Assembly: GCA_040755995.1 (NCBI GenBank)
Contig: JBFMAF010000037.1
Span: forward strand, 160,001 to 224,000
Reading direction: 5' to 3'
Length of the DNA stretch: 64,000 nucleotides
Source of the DNA: Acidobacteriota bacterium
GTDB lineage: Bacteria; Acidobacteriota; CAIWXX01
The position numbers and the translations under genes were made by a program. The notes below the pieces were generated by a model. The model made no database searches. It was not told the DNA's origin and worked only from the letters and a program-made list of their open reading frames with translations. Below are positions 18,226 through 27,615 of the stretch, piece by piece; position 1 is the first letter of the stretch, and each line of letters opens with the position of its first letter.

Positions 18226-21200
18226 ATGTTCAAGGAGATCTACACATTCGAGTTTCGCTACCAGCTCCGGCAGCCTCTCTTCGCCATCTGCTTCGTGCTC
18301 TTCTTTCTGCTCACGTTCGGGGCCGTCACCTCCGATGCCGTGATCATCGGCGACCCGGTCGGTAACCTGAACCGCAACGCATCCCTGATCATCATGCAGT
18401 TCATGCTCATCATGAGCATGATCGGCGTGTTCGTGGCCACCGCGTTCGTCTCGAACTCGGTCTACCGCGACTTCGAGTACAACACGGACTCGCTCTTCTT
18501 CACCACCCCGATCACCAGGTTCGACTTCCTCGGGGGCCGGTTCCTCGGCTCGCTCACGCTCGCGTTTCTCGTCTTCCTCGGCGTGGCCTCGGCCATCATG
18601 ATCGGAAGCTTCATGCCGTGGCTGGAAGCCGAACGGATCGGGCCTTTCATGTTCGGACCCTACCTGTTCTCGATGTTCGTGCTGGTGCTTCCGAACATCT
18701 TCCTGACCGGCGCGATCTTCTTCTCGATCGCGACGCTCACGCGAAGCATGTTGTATACCTACGCAGGTGTCGTCGCCTTCTTCGTCTGCTACGGCGTCGC
18801 CGCCTCAGCCCTCGGCGACCTGCAGAACGAGTTTCTGCTGAGTCTGCTCGACCCATTCGGGTTGGTGACCTTCGGCCTCATGACCAAGTACTGGACAATC
18901 GTCGAGAAGAACACGGCGATCATCCCCTTGCAGGGTGCGCTGCTTTATAACCGGCTCATCTGGGTGGGACTCGGGGCTGCAGTGCTGCTCTTCACCTACA
19001 GCAGGTTCCGATTCACGGCGGCTGCCACATCGGTCAAGCGTGCCGCCCGGAAGGGCTTCGACGAGCTGGCAACGGCGGAACGGCCTGCGGCGGGCCTGGC
19101 ACAGCTCGTCGCATCGCAGGCGTTTTCTCGTCTGGCAAGCCTGCGCCAGTACCTCTACCAGACGCGTATCGAGTTTCTCGGTATCGTCAAAGGCATCCCG
19201 TTTCTCATCCTCCTCTTCTTGGGCGTCCTCAACCTCTCCGCATCCAGCGGCGTGCTGGAACGCCTGTACGGCACGCATGTGTACCCGTTGACTCATCTGA
19301 TGATTGAGCACATCCAGGGCAGCTACCTGCTGTTCGTTCTGATCATCATGACGTTCTACGGCGGCGAGCTCGTCTGGCGCGAGCGTTCGCTCAAGCTCAG
19401 CGAAGTGACCGATGCCATGCCTGTCCCGTCGGTGGCCGTGTGGGCATCCAAGCTGACGGCGTTGATTCTTTCGATGGTGGTGGTACTGCTCGCGGGCATG
19501 CTGACGACAATCGGCTTCCAGGTCTACAAGGGATTTCATCAGTTTGAGCTTGGGCTGTACTTCAAAGGGCTGTTCCTGGATATCGGCATCCCGTTTCTTC
19601 TGATCGCCATTCTTGCGTTCTTTCTGCAGGTAGTGGCCAACAACAAGTACCTCGGCTTCCTGCTCATGGTGCTGTACTTCCTCAGCCTGTTCGTTCTTCC
19701 GGCGCTCCACCTGGAACACCGTCTCTACCGGTACGCCACGGTGCCCGAGTCGCCTTACTCCGACATGAATGGGTACGGCCACTTCGTTGCGCCGATGCTC
19801 TGGTTCAACCTGTACTGGACCTTTTTCGCTGCGGCTCTGCTGGTGGTAGTGCACGTGTTCTGGGTCAGGGGAACCCAGACGTCGCTGAAAGAACGACTGT
19901 GCGCGGCGAGGACGAGATGGGGTAGAGCGCCGAAACTGGCGGCCGCGTGCGCCCTCGTCGCCTTCGCCTGCACGGGCGCATACATCTTTTACAACACGAA
20001 TATCCTCAACACGTACCGCACATCGGCGGAGGACGAGGAGCGTTCGGCGGAGTTCGAGAAGAAATACAAGCGGTACGAGCCGGTCGCGCAGCCGCGCGTG
20101 ACGGGCGTGCGGGCGGATGTGGATATCTACCCGGTGGAGCGCCGGGTCGAGATTCGGGGCACGTACGAACTGGTCAACAAGACGGCGGCTCCGATCCGCG
20201 ACGTGCATGTGGTGCTCAGCCCCGATGTGCGAATCGCCCGACTAGGCATCCAGGGATCGCGAGAGAAGATGCAGGATGCAGATCTGGGATACCACATCTT
20301 CGAGCTCGCGCCGGCGCTGCAGCCCGCTCGGAGCTGCCGGCTCGACTTCGACCTGTCCGTCGGGAGCCCTGGTTTCGTGAGCGGGCAATCGAACACCAAC
20401 GTGGTTCACAACGGCACCTTCTTCAACTCGTTCGACTACTTCCCGCACCTCGGGTATACGCGGCACGCGGAACTGCAGGACCCGAACAAGCGGAAGAAGT
20501 ATGGTCTGCCCGCGGTGCAGCGCATGGCCAAGGTGGACGACGTGGCCGCTCGCGGCAACAACTACATCTCAAACGAGGCGGACTGGATCACGTTCGAGAC
20601 CACGGTCAGCACGAGTCCAGATCAGATCGCCATCGCGCCGGGCTACTTGCAACGCGAGTGGGTGGAGAACGGGCGGCGCTATTTCCACTACAAGATGGAC
20701 TCGCCGATTCTCGACTTCTTCTCCTACCTCTCCGCCGAGTACGAGGTCAAGCGAGACCGCTGGAATGATGTCGCAATCGAGGTGTACTACCATCAGCCGC
20801 ACGCGTACAACGTCGACCGAATGATTGACTCGGTCAAGAAGTCGCTCGACTATTTCACGGCCAACTTCAGTCCATACCAGCACAGGCAGGTGCGCATCGT
20901 GGAGTTTCCGCGGTACGCCCGGTTCGCACAATCGTTCCCGAACACCATTCCCTACTCCGAGAGCATCGGGTTCATCACGGACCTGCGCGACCCGGAGGCG
21001 ATCGACTACGTCTTCTACGTGACCGCCCACGAGGTGGCGCACCAGTGGTGGGCGCACCAGGTGATCGGCGGAAACGTCCAGGGGGCCACGCTGATGTCCG
21101 AATCGCTGGCGCAGTACGCGGCGCTGATGGTGATGGAGAAGGAGTACGGCGCGGACAGGATGCGTAAGTTCCTCAAGTACGAGCTGGACCGGTATCTGAA

Positions 21201-21819
21201 GGGACGCGGCCGGGAGCTCATCGAGGAGCTGCCGCTGTATCTCGTGGAAAACCAGCCATACATTCACTACAACAAGGGCAGCCTCACGATGTACGCGCTC
21301 CGCGACTACGCCGGCGAGCAGGCGCTGAACGGAGCGCTCGCCGGCTACGTACGGGCCGCCGCTTTCCAGCAGCCGCCATACACGAACTCGATCGAGTTCC
21401 TGAGCTTCATCAGGCCGGTGGTGCCGGATAGACTGGCGGCGATCGTGCGGGACATGTTCGAAACGATGACACTCTTCGACAATCGCGCAGCCGAAGTGGC
21501 CGTGCACAGGCGGGGAGACGGGACGTACCGCGTCGCGCTGACGGTCAGCGCTCGCAAGTTCCGCGCGGACGGCAAGGGCAAGGAGACCGAGATCCCGATC
21601 AACGACTGGGTCGATATAGCCGTGCTGGGCGAGAAGGAAGTCGGCGATAGGAAAGAGGAATTCCCGCTCTACATCGAGAAGAAGCTCATCACCCAGCCGA
21701 GCAGCACGTTCGAGATCATCGTCGACCAGCCGCCCGCCAAGGCCGGCATCGACCCGTACAACAAGCTCATCGACCGCAACGGCGACGACAACGTGAAGGA
21801 GGCGCACGGAGCCGGATGA
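18226..21819 (+). CDS. ABC-2 type permease fused to C-terminal M1 aminopeptidase
   Basis: Two multi-TM halves, followed by FAQSFPNT, HEVAHQWW...MSESLAQY and YNKG. Confidence 0.9.
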   Translation: MFKEIYTFEFRYQLRQPLFAICFVLFFLLTFGAVTSDAVIIGDPVGNLNRNASLIIMQFMLIMSMIGVFVATAFVSNSVYRDFEYNTDSLFFTTPITRFDFLGGRFLGSLTLAFLVFLGVASAIMIGSFMPWLEAERIGPFMFGPYLFSMFVLVLPNIFLTGAIFFSIATLTRSMLYTYAGVVAFFVCYGVAASALGDLQNEFLLSLLDPFGLVTFGLMTKYWTIVEKNTAIIPLQGALLYNRLIWVGLGAAVLLFTYSRFRFTAAATSVKRAARKGFDELATAERPAAGLAQLVASQAFSRLASLRQYLYQTRIEFLGIVKGIPFLILLFLGVLNLSASSGVLERLYGTHVYPLTHLMIEHIQGSYLLFVLIIMTFYGGELVWRERSLKLSEVTDAMPVPSVAVWASKLTALILSMVVVLLAGMLTTIGFQVYKGFHQFELGLYFKGLFLDIGIPFLLIAILAFFLQVVANNKYLGFLLMVLYFLSLFVLPALHLEHRLYRYATVPESPYSDMNGYGHFVAPMLWFNLYWTFFAAALLVVVHVFWVRGTQTSLKERLCAARTRWGRAPKLAAACALVAFACTGAYIFYNTNILNTYRTSAEDEERSAEFEKKYKRYEPVAQPRVTGVRADVDIYPVERRVEIRGTYELVNKTAAPIRDVHVVLSPDVRIARLGIQGSREKMQDADLGYHIFELAPALQPARSCRLDFDLSVGSPGFVSGQSNTNVVHNGTFFNSFDYFPHLGYTRHAELQDPNKRKKYGLPAVQRMAKVDDVAARGNNYISNEADWITFETTVSTSPDQIAIAPGYLQREWVENGRRYFHYKMDSPILDFFSYLSAEYEVKRDRWNDVAIEVYYHQPHAYNVDRMIDSVKKSLDYFTANFSPYQHRQVRIVEFPRYARFAQSFPNTIPYSESIGFITDLRDPEAIDYVFYVTAHEVAHQWWAHQVIGGNVQGATLMSESLAQYAALMVMEKEYGADRMRKFLKYELDRYLKGRGRELIEELPLYLVENQPYIHYNKGSLTMYALRDYAGEQALNGALAGYVRAAAFQQPPYTNSIEFLSFIRPVVPDRLAAIVRDMFETMTLFDNRAAEVAVHRRGDGTYRVALTVSARKFRADGKGKETEIPINDWVDIAVLGEKEVGDRKEEFPLYIEKKLITQPSSTFEIIVDQPPAKAGIDPYNKLIDRNGDDNVKEAHGAG

Positions 21820-21926
21820 GGTCGGTACAGGGAACCGGTCCCAACCGGGCTGGCCGCCGGCCGGATCGCGTCTCCATGCTCACGCAAGCGGCACGCCCGG
21901 CGACGGACTTGGGAGCCTTCGATCCC

Positions 21927-21964
21927 TTGCATATCATCCATACCGCTGCTATACATATGATATG
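21927..21964 (+). promoter_or_regulatory. Leaderless promoter with inverted-repeat operator for the TA pair
   Basis: TTGCAT, 17 bp spacer, TATACA, ATG 6 nt later; inverted repeat CATATCAT (21930-21937) / ATGATATG (21957-21964). Confidence 0.55.
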
Positions 21965-22216
21965 GCACACAGAACAACGCTGTTGATGGATGAAGAAACG
22001 CGACGGGCCGCCCGTGAGCTTGCGCTTCGATACGGCTGTTCGACCTCGGAGGCCATCCGGCGAGCAGTGCTAGGCCAGCGGGATACCGTGTTCGGGGTTC
22101 CCTCAGAGATGCGAGAGCAGCGCAAGGGGGCGCTCGAGCGGCTCTTCCGGCTGTTTCGGGGAAACGATGCGAAGAGAGAGGTTGCCAGGCTCAAGTCTCA
22201 GGATTTGGGATTCTGA
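21962..22216 (+). CDS. Ribbon-helix-helix antitoxin (VapB-like)
   Basis: RTTLLMDEETRRAARELA...STSEAIRRAV RHH pattern; directly upstream of a PIN gene. Confidence 0.75.
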   Translation: MAHRTTLLMDEETRRAARELALRYGCSTSEAIRRAVLGQRDTVFGVPSEMREQRKGALERLFRLFRGNDAKREVARLKSQDLGF

Positions 22217-22218
22217 TC

Positions 22219-22605
22219 GTGCGCTATCATCTGGACACAGACTTCCTGATCTACGCGCTTTCACAATCCGGGCCTGAACGAAAGCGGTTGGCGCAGGTTG
22301 TCAGCTCCGAGGCCGAGATTCAAATCAGCGCGATTGCCTGGTATGAATTCGCCAGGGGACCACGAACGCCGGAGCAGCTCGCGGTTGCGCGGGATCTGTT
22401 CGGGGAGCACGGGGTCGTACCGTTCTCGGAGGAGCTGGCGATGGCGTCGGCGGAGACGTTTCGTAGCCTGGGTTCGCCACGGAAACGGGCAGCGGACGTC
22501 GGCATCGGCGTCACCGCGGGCGCGATGGGTGCTACATTGTTGACACGATACGCAGACGACTTCGCGGGTATTCCTCGAGTGAAGGTGGAAGGGGTCGCCG
22601 AATGA
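22219..22605 (+). CDS. vapC: PIN-domain toxin (VapC family)
   Basis: LDTDFLI, ISAIAWYEF, ADVGIG, LLTRYADDF acidic PIN motifs. Confidence 0.85.
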   Translation: MRYHLDTDFLIYALSQSGPERKRLAQVVSSEAEIQISAIAWYEFARGPRTPEQLAVARDLFGEHGVVPFSEELAMASAETFRSLGSPRKRAADVGIGVTAGAMGATLLTRYADDFAGIPRVKVEGVAE

Positions 22606-22622
22606 GGCCGATGTAGCGCTGT

Positions 22623-23033
22623 CTATCTCGCGCGCGACTTGAAGACCACGATCGCGTGAAGCGCTGCTCCCAGCCCGAGCACGGCGAGCCACAGAGGCTG
22701 GACCCCCCAGAGTAGATCGTCGACAGCGCGAGCCAGCCAGAACACGAGCATCCCGGCGGCGAACGCTCGGCCGAGGCGCGTGGCGCGGATCTCGTCCCCG
22801 TGGCGCAGATAGAGATAGCCGGCGAGGCACAGGAGTACTCCCATCTGGACGTTGAAGACGTCAAGCAGGGCCGAGAGCCCCTGTGGCAGCGCGCCCCAGA
22901 ACGCCTCGTGCCGCCAGATGTACACGAATGCGAAATGCACGAGCCCGAAGAACAGGTTGTAGACACCGCAGATGCGGAGCCACAGCCGTGCTGGGCGCCT
23001 GCCATCCTGTTGGGTCGCGTTCGTCTGGGCCAT
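22623..23033 (-). CDS. Small four-TM membrane protein
   Basis: GAGGAGG RBS before ATG 23033; four hydrophobic segments. Confidence 0.65.
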   Translation of the reverse strand: MAQTNATQQDGRRPARLWLRICGVYNLFFGLVHFAFVYIWRHEAFWGALPQGLSALLDVFNVQMGVLLCLAGYLYLRHGDEIRATRLGRAFAAGMLVFWLARAVDDLLWGVQPLWLAVLGLGAALHAIVVFKSRAR

Positions 23034-23319
23034 CTTGAGGCCCTCCTCGCGGCACATATCCGGGGCAGGATAGTCGGCGGAAGGCCGCCGGTCAAGCTGG
23101 CATGAGTGCCGAGACGACCGCAGCGTGGCGGTCAGGTGAGAACAGCGGTACTCGAACGGCCGGTGCCCGAAGTACACACCGCTTTCTCCTTGCAGCTCAT
23201 GCGATTGCGTGAATTCGCTGCCTGCTGTCTATCAGGCGCGTGAACGCGCGTACACGGCGAGCAGCCCCGGCCATCACGCGATGTCCGCGGAATCGGCCTG
23301 CGTCATGATCTGAAGGCGC

Positions 23320-23335
23320 TGGCACGCCGCTTGCA
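23320..23335 (+). promoter_or_regulatory. Sigma54 (-24/-12) promoter
   Basis: TGGCACGCCGCTTGCA matches TGGCACG-N4-TTGC; about 50 bp upstream of ATG 23385. Confidence 0.75.
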
Positions 23336-23384
23336 AAGTGCTGTTCATGAGAGTTGTGACTACGGTCATAAAAGGAGATTCATA

Positions 23385-25865
23385 ATGCTATGGTCGAAGA
23401 CTGATTTGACAAGGTGTGCCAGTCTGGCACTGCTGCTGGCTCTCTTAGCGGGTGCGCCAGGCCTTGCCGCCATCACGGTGGCCCCGCATGCCGACTTCGA
23501 CGGCGATGGCCTGGGGGACATCGCGGTGGCCCGCAAGCAGAGCGCCACCACTGTCGACTGGGGAATTCGGTTCTCCAAGACGGGTCTGCTCGACAGCTGG
23601 TCTGGCTGGTACAGCTTCGACTACGGCAACGAGGGCGACAAGTTCTACGCCGGCGACTTCGACGGCAACGGCCGCACCGACATGGCACTCTGCCGCCGGA
23701 ACAGCTCTAGCACATACGCATGGGCCGTCCGGTACTCCACCACGGGCTCCATGAACAATGATGCCGGCTTCCTCGTCGCCGACTTCGGCAACGATGGCGA
23801 CTTCTACTTCATCGGAGATTTCAACGGCGACGGCAAGGACGACGTCGCCATATGCCGTCCCGACGGGTCGTACTTCGACTGGGGTGTCGAGTACTCCGGG
23901 TCGCGCTTCATGCAGACCTGGACCGGCTGGAGCATACAGAACTGGGGCATGAAGGGCGACAGGTTCTATGTCGGAGACTTCGATGGCAACGGCAAGGCCG
24001 ACGTGGCTCTGTGCCGACATGAGAATCCGTACGGCTTGAAGTGGTACATCCGCTACTCCACTACCGGCTTCCTCAACTACAGCGCCCTGCTCCTCAGCGA
24101 CTTCGGCAACGCCTACGACGAGTTCCACGTCGGCGATTTCGACGGCAACGGCAAGAGCGATTTGGCGCTGGCGCGCCAGGTTACGACGACCGACATGGTC
24201 TGGGGCGTGCGCTACTCCAACACTCGGGCTCTTGACACGTGGGGCGGTTGGACGCGCCGTACGGAGGTGGGCAACGAGTACTTCGTCATGGACTTCGACG
24301 GCGATGACCAGAGCGAAATCGCTGTCAATAACTATGAAACTGAAACGAGGACTCGATGGGGCGTGTACTCCTCGGTATCGCGATTCCTGGACACCTGGAG
24401 CGGCTGGGTCATATCCGACTTCGGAGATCAAGAAGACCGGTTCCTGCCCGGCGGCGAGCTTGGCAACACGATCGAAGCGATCGCATTGAGGGAGCTCGGT
24501 GTCAACGGCGCCAACAGCCCGGGCTGGGTAGACTACTACTGCCACGGCAACTTCAGCAGCGGCGCGGACACGCTGTGGTGCAGCGAGTTTGTCTCTTGGT
24601 GCTACTACCGCGCCGGCAACCCCTTCACGGGCGGCACGTTCGATCCCGGGGCCCCTTGGCTGCTGAACGGCAACAACATCGTCAAGGATTGGTTCGCTGC
24701 CAACGCCTTTTGGTGGGACAACCGGCGCGACCTTCCCCTGGTCCTCAAGCCCGGCAACTACGTCCGCACTCAGAACAGCACCGGTGTGAAACACAGCCGC
24801 ATGGTCCAGCGCGTGATCGGCACGACTCTTTACACCGTCGAGGGGAACAGCGGGAACCAGGTGCACAAGCGCATCGTCACCAATTTCCTCAGCGACACCA
24901 ACGTGCTCGGATTCGGGCGGCTCTACGACAATGACCGCGAAGACTGGAAGGTCCAGGCGAGCTCGACCAACCTGTATCTCCGAGGCGTCTGCTTCCCATC
25001 CTCGACCACCGGCTACGCGGTCGGCCACGACGGCATCGTGATCAAGACGACTGACGGAGGAACCAACTGGAACCCGGTGACCGTCAGCGTGGGCGGAGCG
25101 GCTGTCACATCGGACCTCTATGCGACTCAGTTCACGAGCACCAACACGGGATACATCGTAGGCGAGGGAGGCCTGATCCTGAAGACGACCAACGGCGGCT
25201 CTTCATGGACACGGCAGACCAGCGGCACCACCGCCTCGATCTACGGCATCCGCTTCGGTTTCTCAGCCGCCATCGCCGTTGGCCAGTACGGGACCATCCT
25301 GCGCACCACGAACAGCGGATCGACCTGGACAAGCGTGACCAGCGGAACCACGCAATACCTTCGAGATGTCGACTGGGGCTCCTCCACCAAGGCCGTCGCC
25401 GTGGGCGACTACGGGACGATCCTGGTGTCGACAAACTCGGGGCAGAACTGGGTCGCCAAGACCAGCGGGACCACGGCGCACCTCAACGGCGTCAAGATGG
25501 ACGCGGGCTACATGGCTCCCGGCTACACAGGTTGGGTCGTGGGAACGAGCGGCACCATCCGGCGCACCACCAACGGCGGCGACACCTGGAGCGCCCAGAC
25601 GACCGGCACGACGTCGAACCTGTATGACATCGACATGGTGACATCCACCACGGGCCATGCCGTCGGTGCCTGGGGGACGATCCTGAGGACCACCAACGGC
25701 GGTAGCTCGTGGACGTCTCAGAAGAGCGGCGAGTCCGAGACGTTCCAGTGTGTAGACGGTACGGGCAGTCTCAGTGCCTGGACCGTCGGCTCTAACGGCT
25801 TTGTCCTCCGCTGCGTCAAAGGCGGCGGGCCGCTCTCGAGCGCCAGAGCCGGACGTCGACGTTGA
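23385..25865 (+). CDS. Secreted FG-GAP/VCBS-repeat + CHAP amidase + BNR/Ycf48 propeller protein
   Basis: AGGAG RBS, signal peptide, GDFDGNG..D repeats, CHAP motifs WCSEFVSW / KHSRMV / VEGNSGN, Asp-box repeats TTDGGTNW, TTNGGSSW. Confidence 0.85.
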   Translation: MLWSKTDLTRCASLALLLALLAGAPGLAAITVAPHADFDGDGLGDIAVARKQSATTVDWGIRFSKTGLLDSWSGWYSFDYGNEGDKFYAGDFDGNGRTDMALCRRNSSSTYAWAVRYSTTGSMNNDAGFLVADFGNDGDFYFIGDFNGDGKDDVAICRPDGSYFDWGVEYSGSRFMQTWTGWSIQNWGMKGDRFYVGDFDGNGKADVALCRHENPYGLKWYIRYSTTGFLNYSALLLSDFGNAYDEFHVGDFDGNGKSDLALARQVTTTDMVWGVRYSNTRALDTWGGWTRRTEVGNEYFVMDFDGDDQSEIAVNNYETETRTRWGVYSSVSRFLDTWSGWVISDFGDQEDRFLPGGELGNTIEAIALRELGVNGANSPGWVDYYCHGNFSSGADTLWCSEFVSWCYYRAGNPFTGGTFDPGAPWLLNGNNIVKDWFAANAFWWDNRRDLPLVLKPGNYVRTQNSTGVKHSRMVQRVIGTTLYTVEGNSGNQVHKRIVTNFLSDTNVLGFGRLYDNDREDWKVQASSTNLYLRGVCFPSSTTGYAVGHDGIVIKTTDGGTNWNPVTVSVGGAAVTSDLYATQFTSTNTGYIVGEGGLILKTTNGGSSWTRQTSGTTASIYGIRFGFSAAIAVGQYGTILRTTNSGSTWTSVTSGTTQYLRDVDWGSSTKAVAVGDYGTILVSTNSGQNWVAKTSGTTAHLNGVKMDAGYMAPGYTGWVVGTSGTIRRTTNGGDTWSAQTTGTTSNLYDIDMVTSTTGHAVGAWGTILRTTNGGSSWTSQKSGESETFQCVDGTGSLSAWTVGSNGFVLRCVKGGGPLSSARAGRRR

Positions 25866-25946
25866 TCCCCGGATTTCTCGTGTCAAACAGATGTGTGCAG
25901 CGAACGTCTTCCCACGCTCATGAGCAAGGAGCGTGATGAGGGAATC

Positions 25947-27551
25947 ATGACTGCGGCAAAGAGAATCTCGATGTTGTTGTTGATCCCCGCGATCGTGGCC
26001 GTGTCGGCGGAAGTGTCTGATGCCGGTCACAGGTGGGTGCGTTCCTTTGGCACCCAATATCAGGTCAGTTCGGTCTGCCAGAATGCCGATGGGAGCTTCA
26101 CCGTCGCGGGAAGAACCACCGGCAACGACCTCTGGTGCGCGAAACTCGATGCGTCGGGCGAAATAGTCTGGCAGCAGGCCTACGGGAATGCGGCCAGTGA
26201 ATGGGCGTTCGCCGTGCAACCAATGGCAGATGGCGGGAATATCGCCGCAGGCTGGACCACCACCGGAGGGATCACTCGCGCCTGGTGCTTGAGGCTGGGT
26301 GCCTCTGGAAATATCCTATGGCAGAAGGCCTACGGCAACTCCTCGCTAACGACTCCCAACATGATCAGACCGACTGCTGACGGCGGGGCCGTTCTCATCG
26401 GGTATGTGCGAACTACATTCGGTGACAATGACATCCTCGTGGTCAAGCTCGATCTCTCGGGCAACATAGTCTGGCAGAAGCAGATCGGGTGGGCCGGCAA
26501 TGATTCGGGCGCGGATATCTGGCAGACCAGCGACGGGGGCTACGTGGCGGTCGGTCAGGTGGGAACTGCCCTGCTCGTCATCAGGTTGGACGCGACCGGC
26601 AACGTCCTCTGGATGCGCTCCTACGGAGGCTACTGGACTTCCGGCGGGTCTATTCGGCAGACCAGCGATGGAGGCTACGTCGTTGCTGCGCGTGTGTCGG
26701 GGTCAGGGTTGGACGACGCATGGTGCATCAAGCTGGACCCATCCGGCAACGTGGCCTGGCAGCGGGCGTATGGCGGGCCAGGACCTGAGGCGCTCCGCCT
26801 CCGGGTCCAGCAGACCTCCGACGGCGGCTACTCGCTTTTCGGAGACACCGCGTCATTTGGCTCGGGGTCCAACGATCTCTGGCTGGTGAAGCTCGACCAG
26901 GACGGCAATGTCTCCTGGTCCAACGCCTACGGCACGAGCGCACCCGAGGTGTTCCACTCGGGCGAGCAAACGAGCGAGGGCGGCTTCGTCATGTCCGGCT
27001 GGGCATATGGAGGCCTGATGTCCGGCAGCTTCGTCGTCCGGACGACCACTGACGGGACCATTGACGCGGGCTGCGGAACGTTCGTTCAGCCGTGCGCGCC
27101 GACCGTCACAAACACTAGTGCCTCCAACGTCCTGCAAAGTGGAGCCCAAAACAGCACGTATCCCGCGGTCACGACTGTCGCCGGGGCCAGCACCACTGCT
27201 GCCGTGTCGAATCTGTACTGCTCCCTCTCGGAGGGCGCGGACTTTACGGGCGCTTGGAGTAACCTCAGGAAGAGGGGATCGCGGATCAGCGGGAAATTCA
27301 GCGTCGTGAATACCGGCAATATCAACGGCGAGAACTGCGTCGTGAAGGTGTATTCCTCCAAAACCCAACAGGTCGGACGAAAGGCGAAGCCGGTGAAGAC
27401 GCAGAACGTCCCCACCCTGGGCATGGACAAGACCTACAGGTTCAATGTGCGGGCCATACCTGGCTCCAAGGACAAGTACATCATCGCGGTCATCGAGCAC
27501 TCGAAAGACGTGGATATGTCCGACAACAAGATTGCCGCGTCGTTGCCCTGA
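25947..27551 (+). CDS. Secreted beta-propeller repeat protein with basic CARDB-like C-terminal domain
   Basis: Signal peptide; repeats W..KLD.SG.I.WQ..YG and QTSDGGY; C-terminal ADFTGAW...VVNTG...DNK. Confidence 0.75.
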   Translation: MTAAKRISMLLLIPAIVAVSAEVSDAGHRWVRSFGTQYQVSSVCQNADGSFTVAGRTTGNDLWCAKLDASGEIVWQQAYGNAASEWAFAVQPMADGGNIAAGWTTTGGITRAWCLRLGASGNILWQKAYGNSSLTTPNMIRPTADGGAVLIGYVRTTFGDNDILVVKLDLSGNIVWQKQIGWAGNDSGADIWQTSDGGYVAVGQVGTALLVIRLDATGNVLWMRSYGGYWTSGGSIRQTSDGGYVVAARVSGSGLDDAWCIKLDPSGNVAWQRAYGGPGPEALRLRVQQTSDGGYSLFGDTASFGSGSNDLWLVKLDQDGNVSWSNAYGTSAPEVFHSGEQTSEGGFVMSGWAYGGLMSGSFVVRTTTDGTIDAGCGTFVQPCAPTVTNTSASNVLQSGAQNSTYPAVTTVAGASTTAAVSNLYCSLSEGADFTGAWSNLRKRGSRISGKFSVVNTGNINGENCVVKVYSSKTQQVGRKAKPVKTQNVPTLGMDKTYRFNVRAIPGSKDKYIIAVIEHSKDVDMSDNKIAASLP

Positions 27552-27615
27552 CCGGCCCCACCGTTCTGTGCGCAGAACTCCGGGCATAGAGCCCACCGCG
27601 ATCAAGGGAGGAGAC

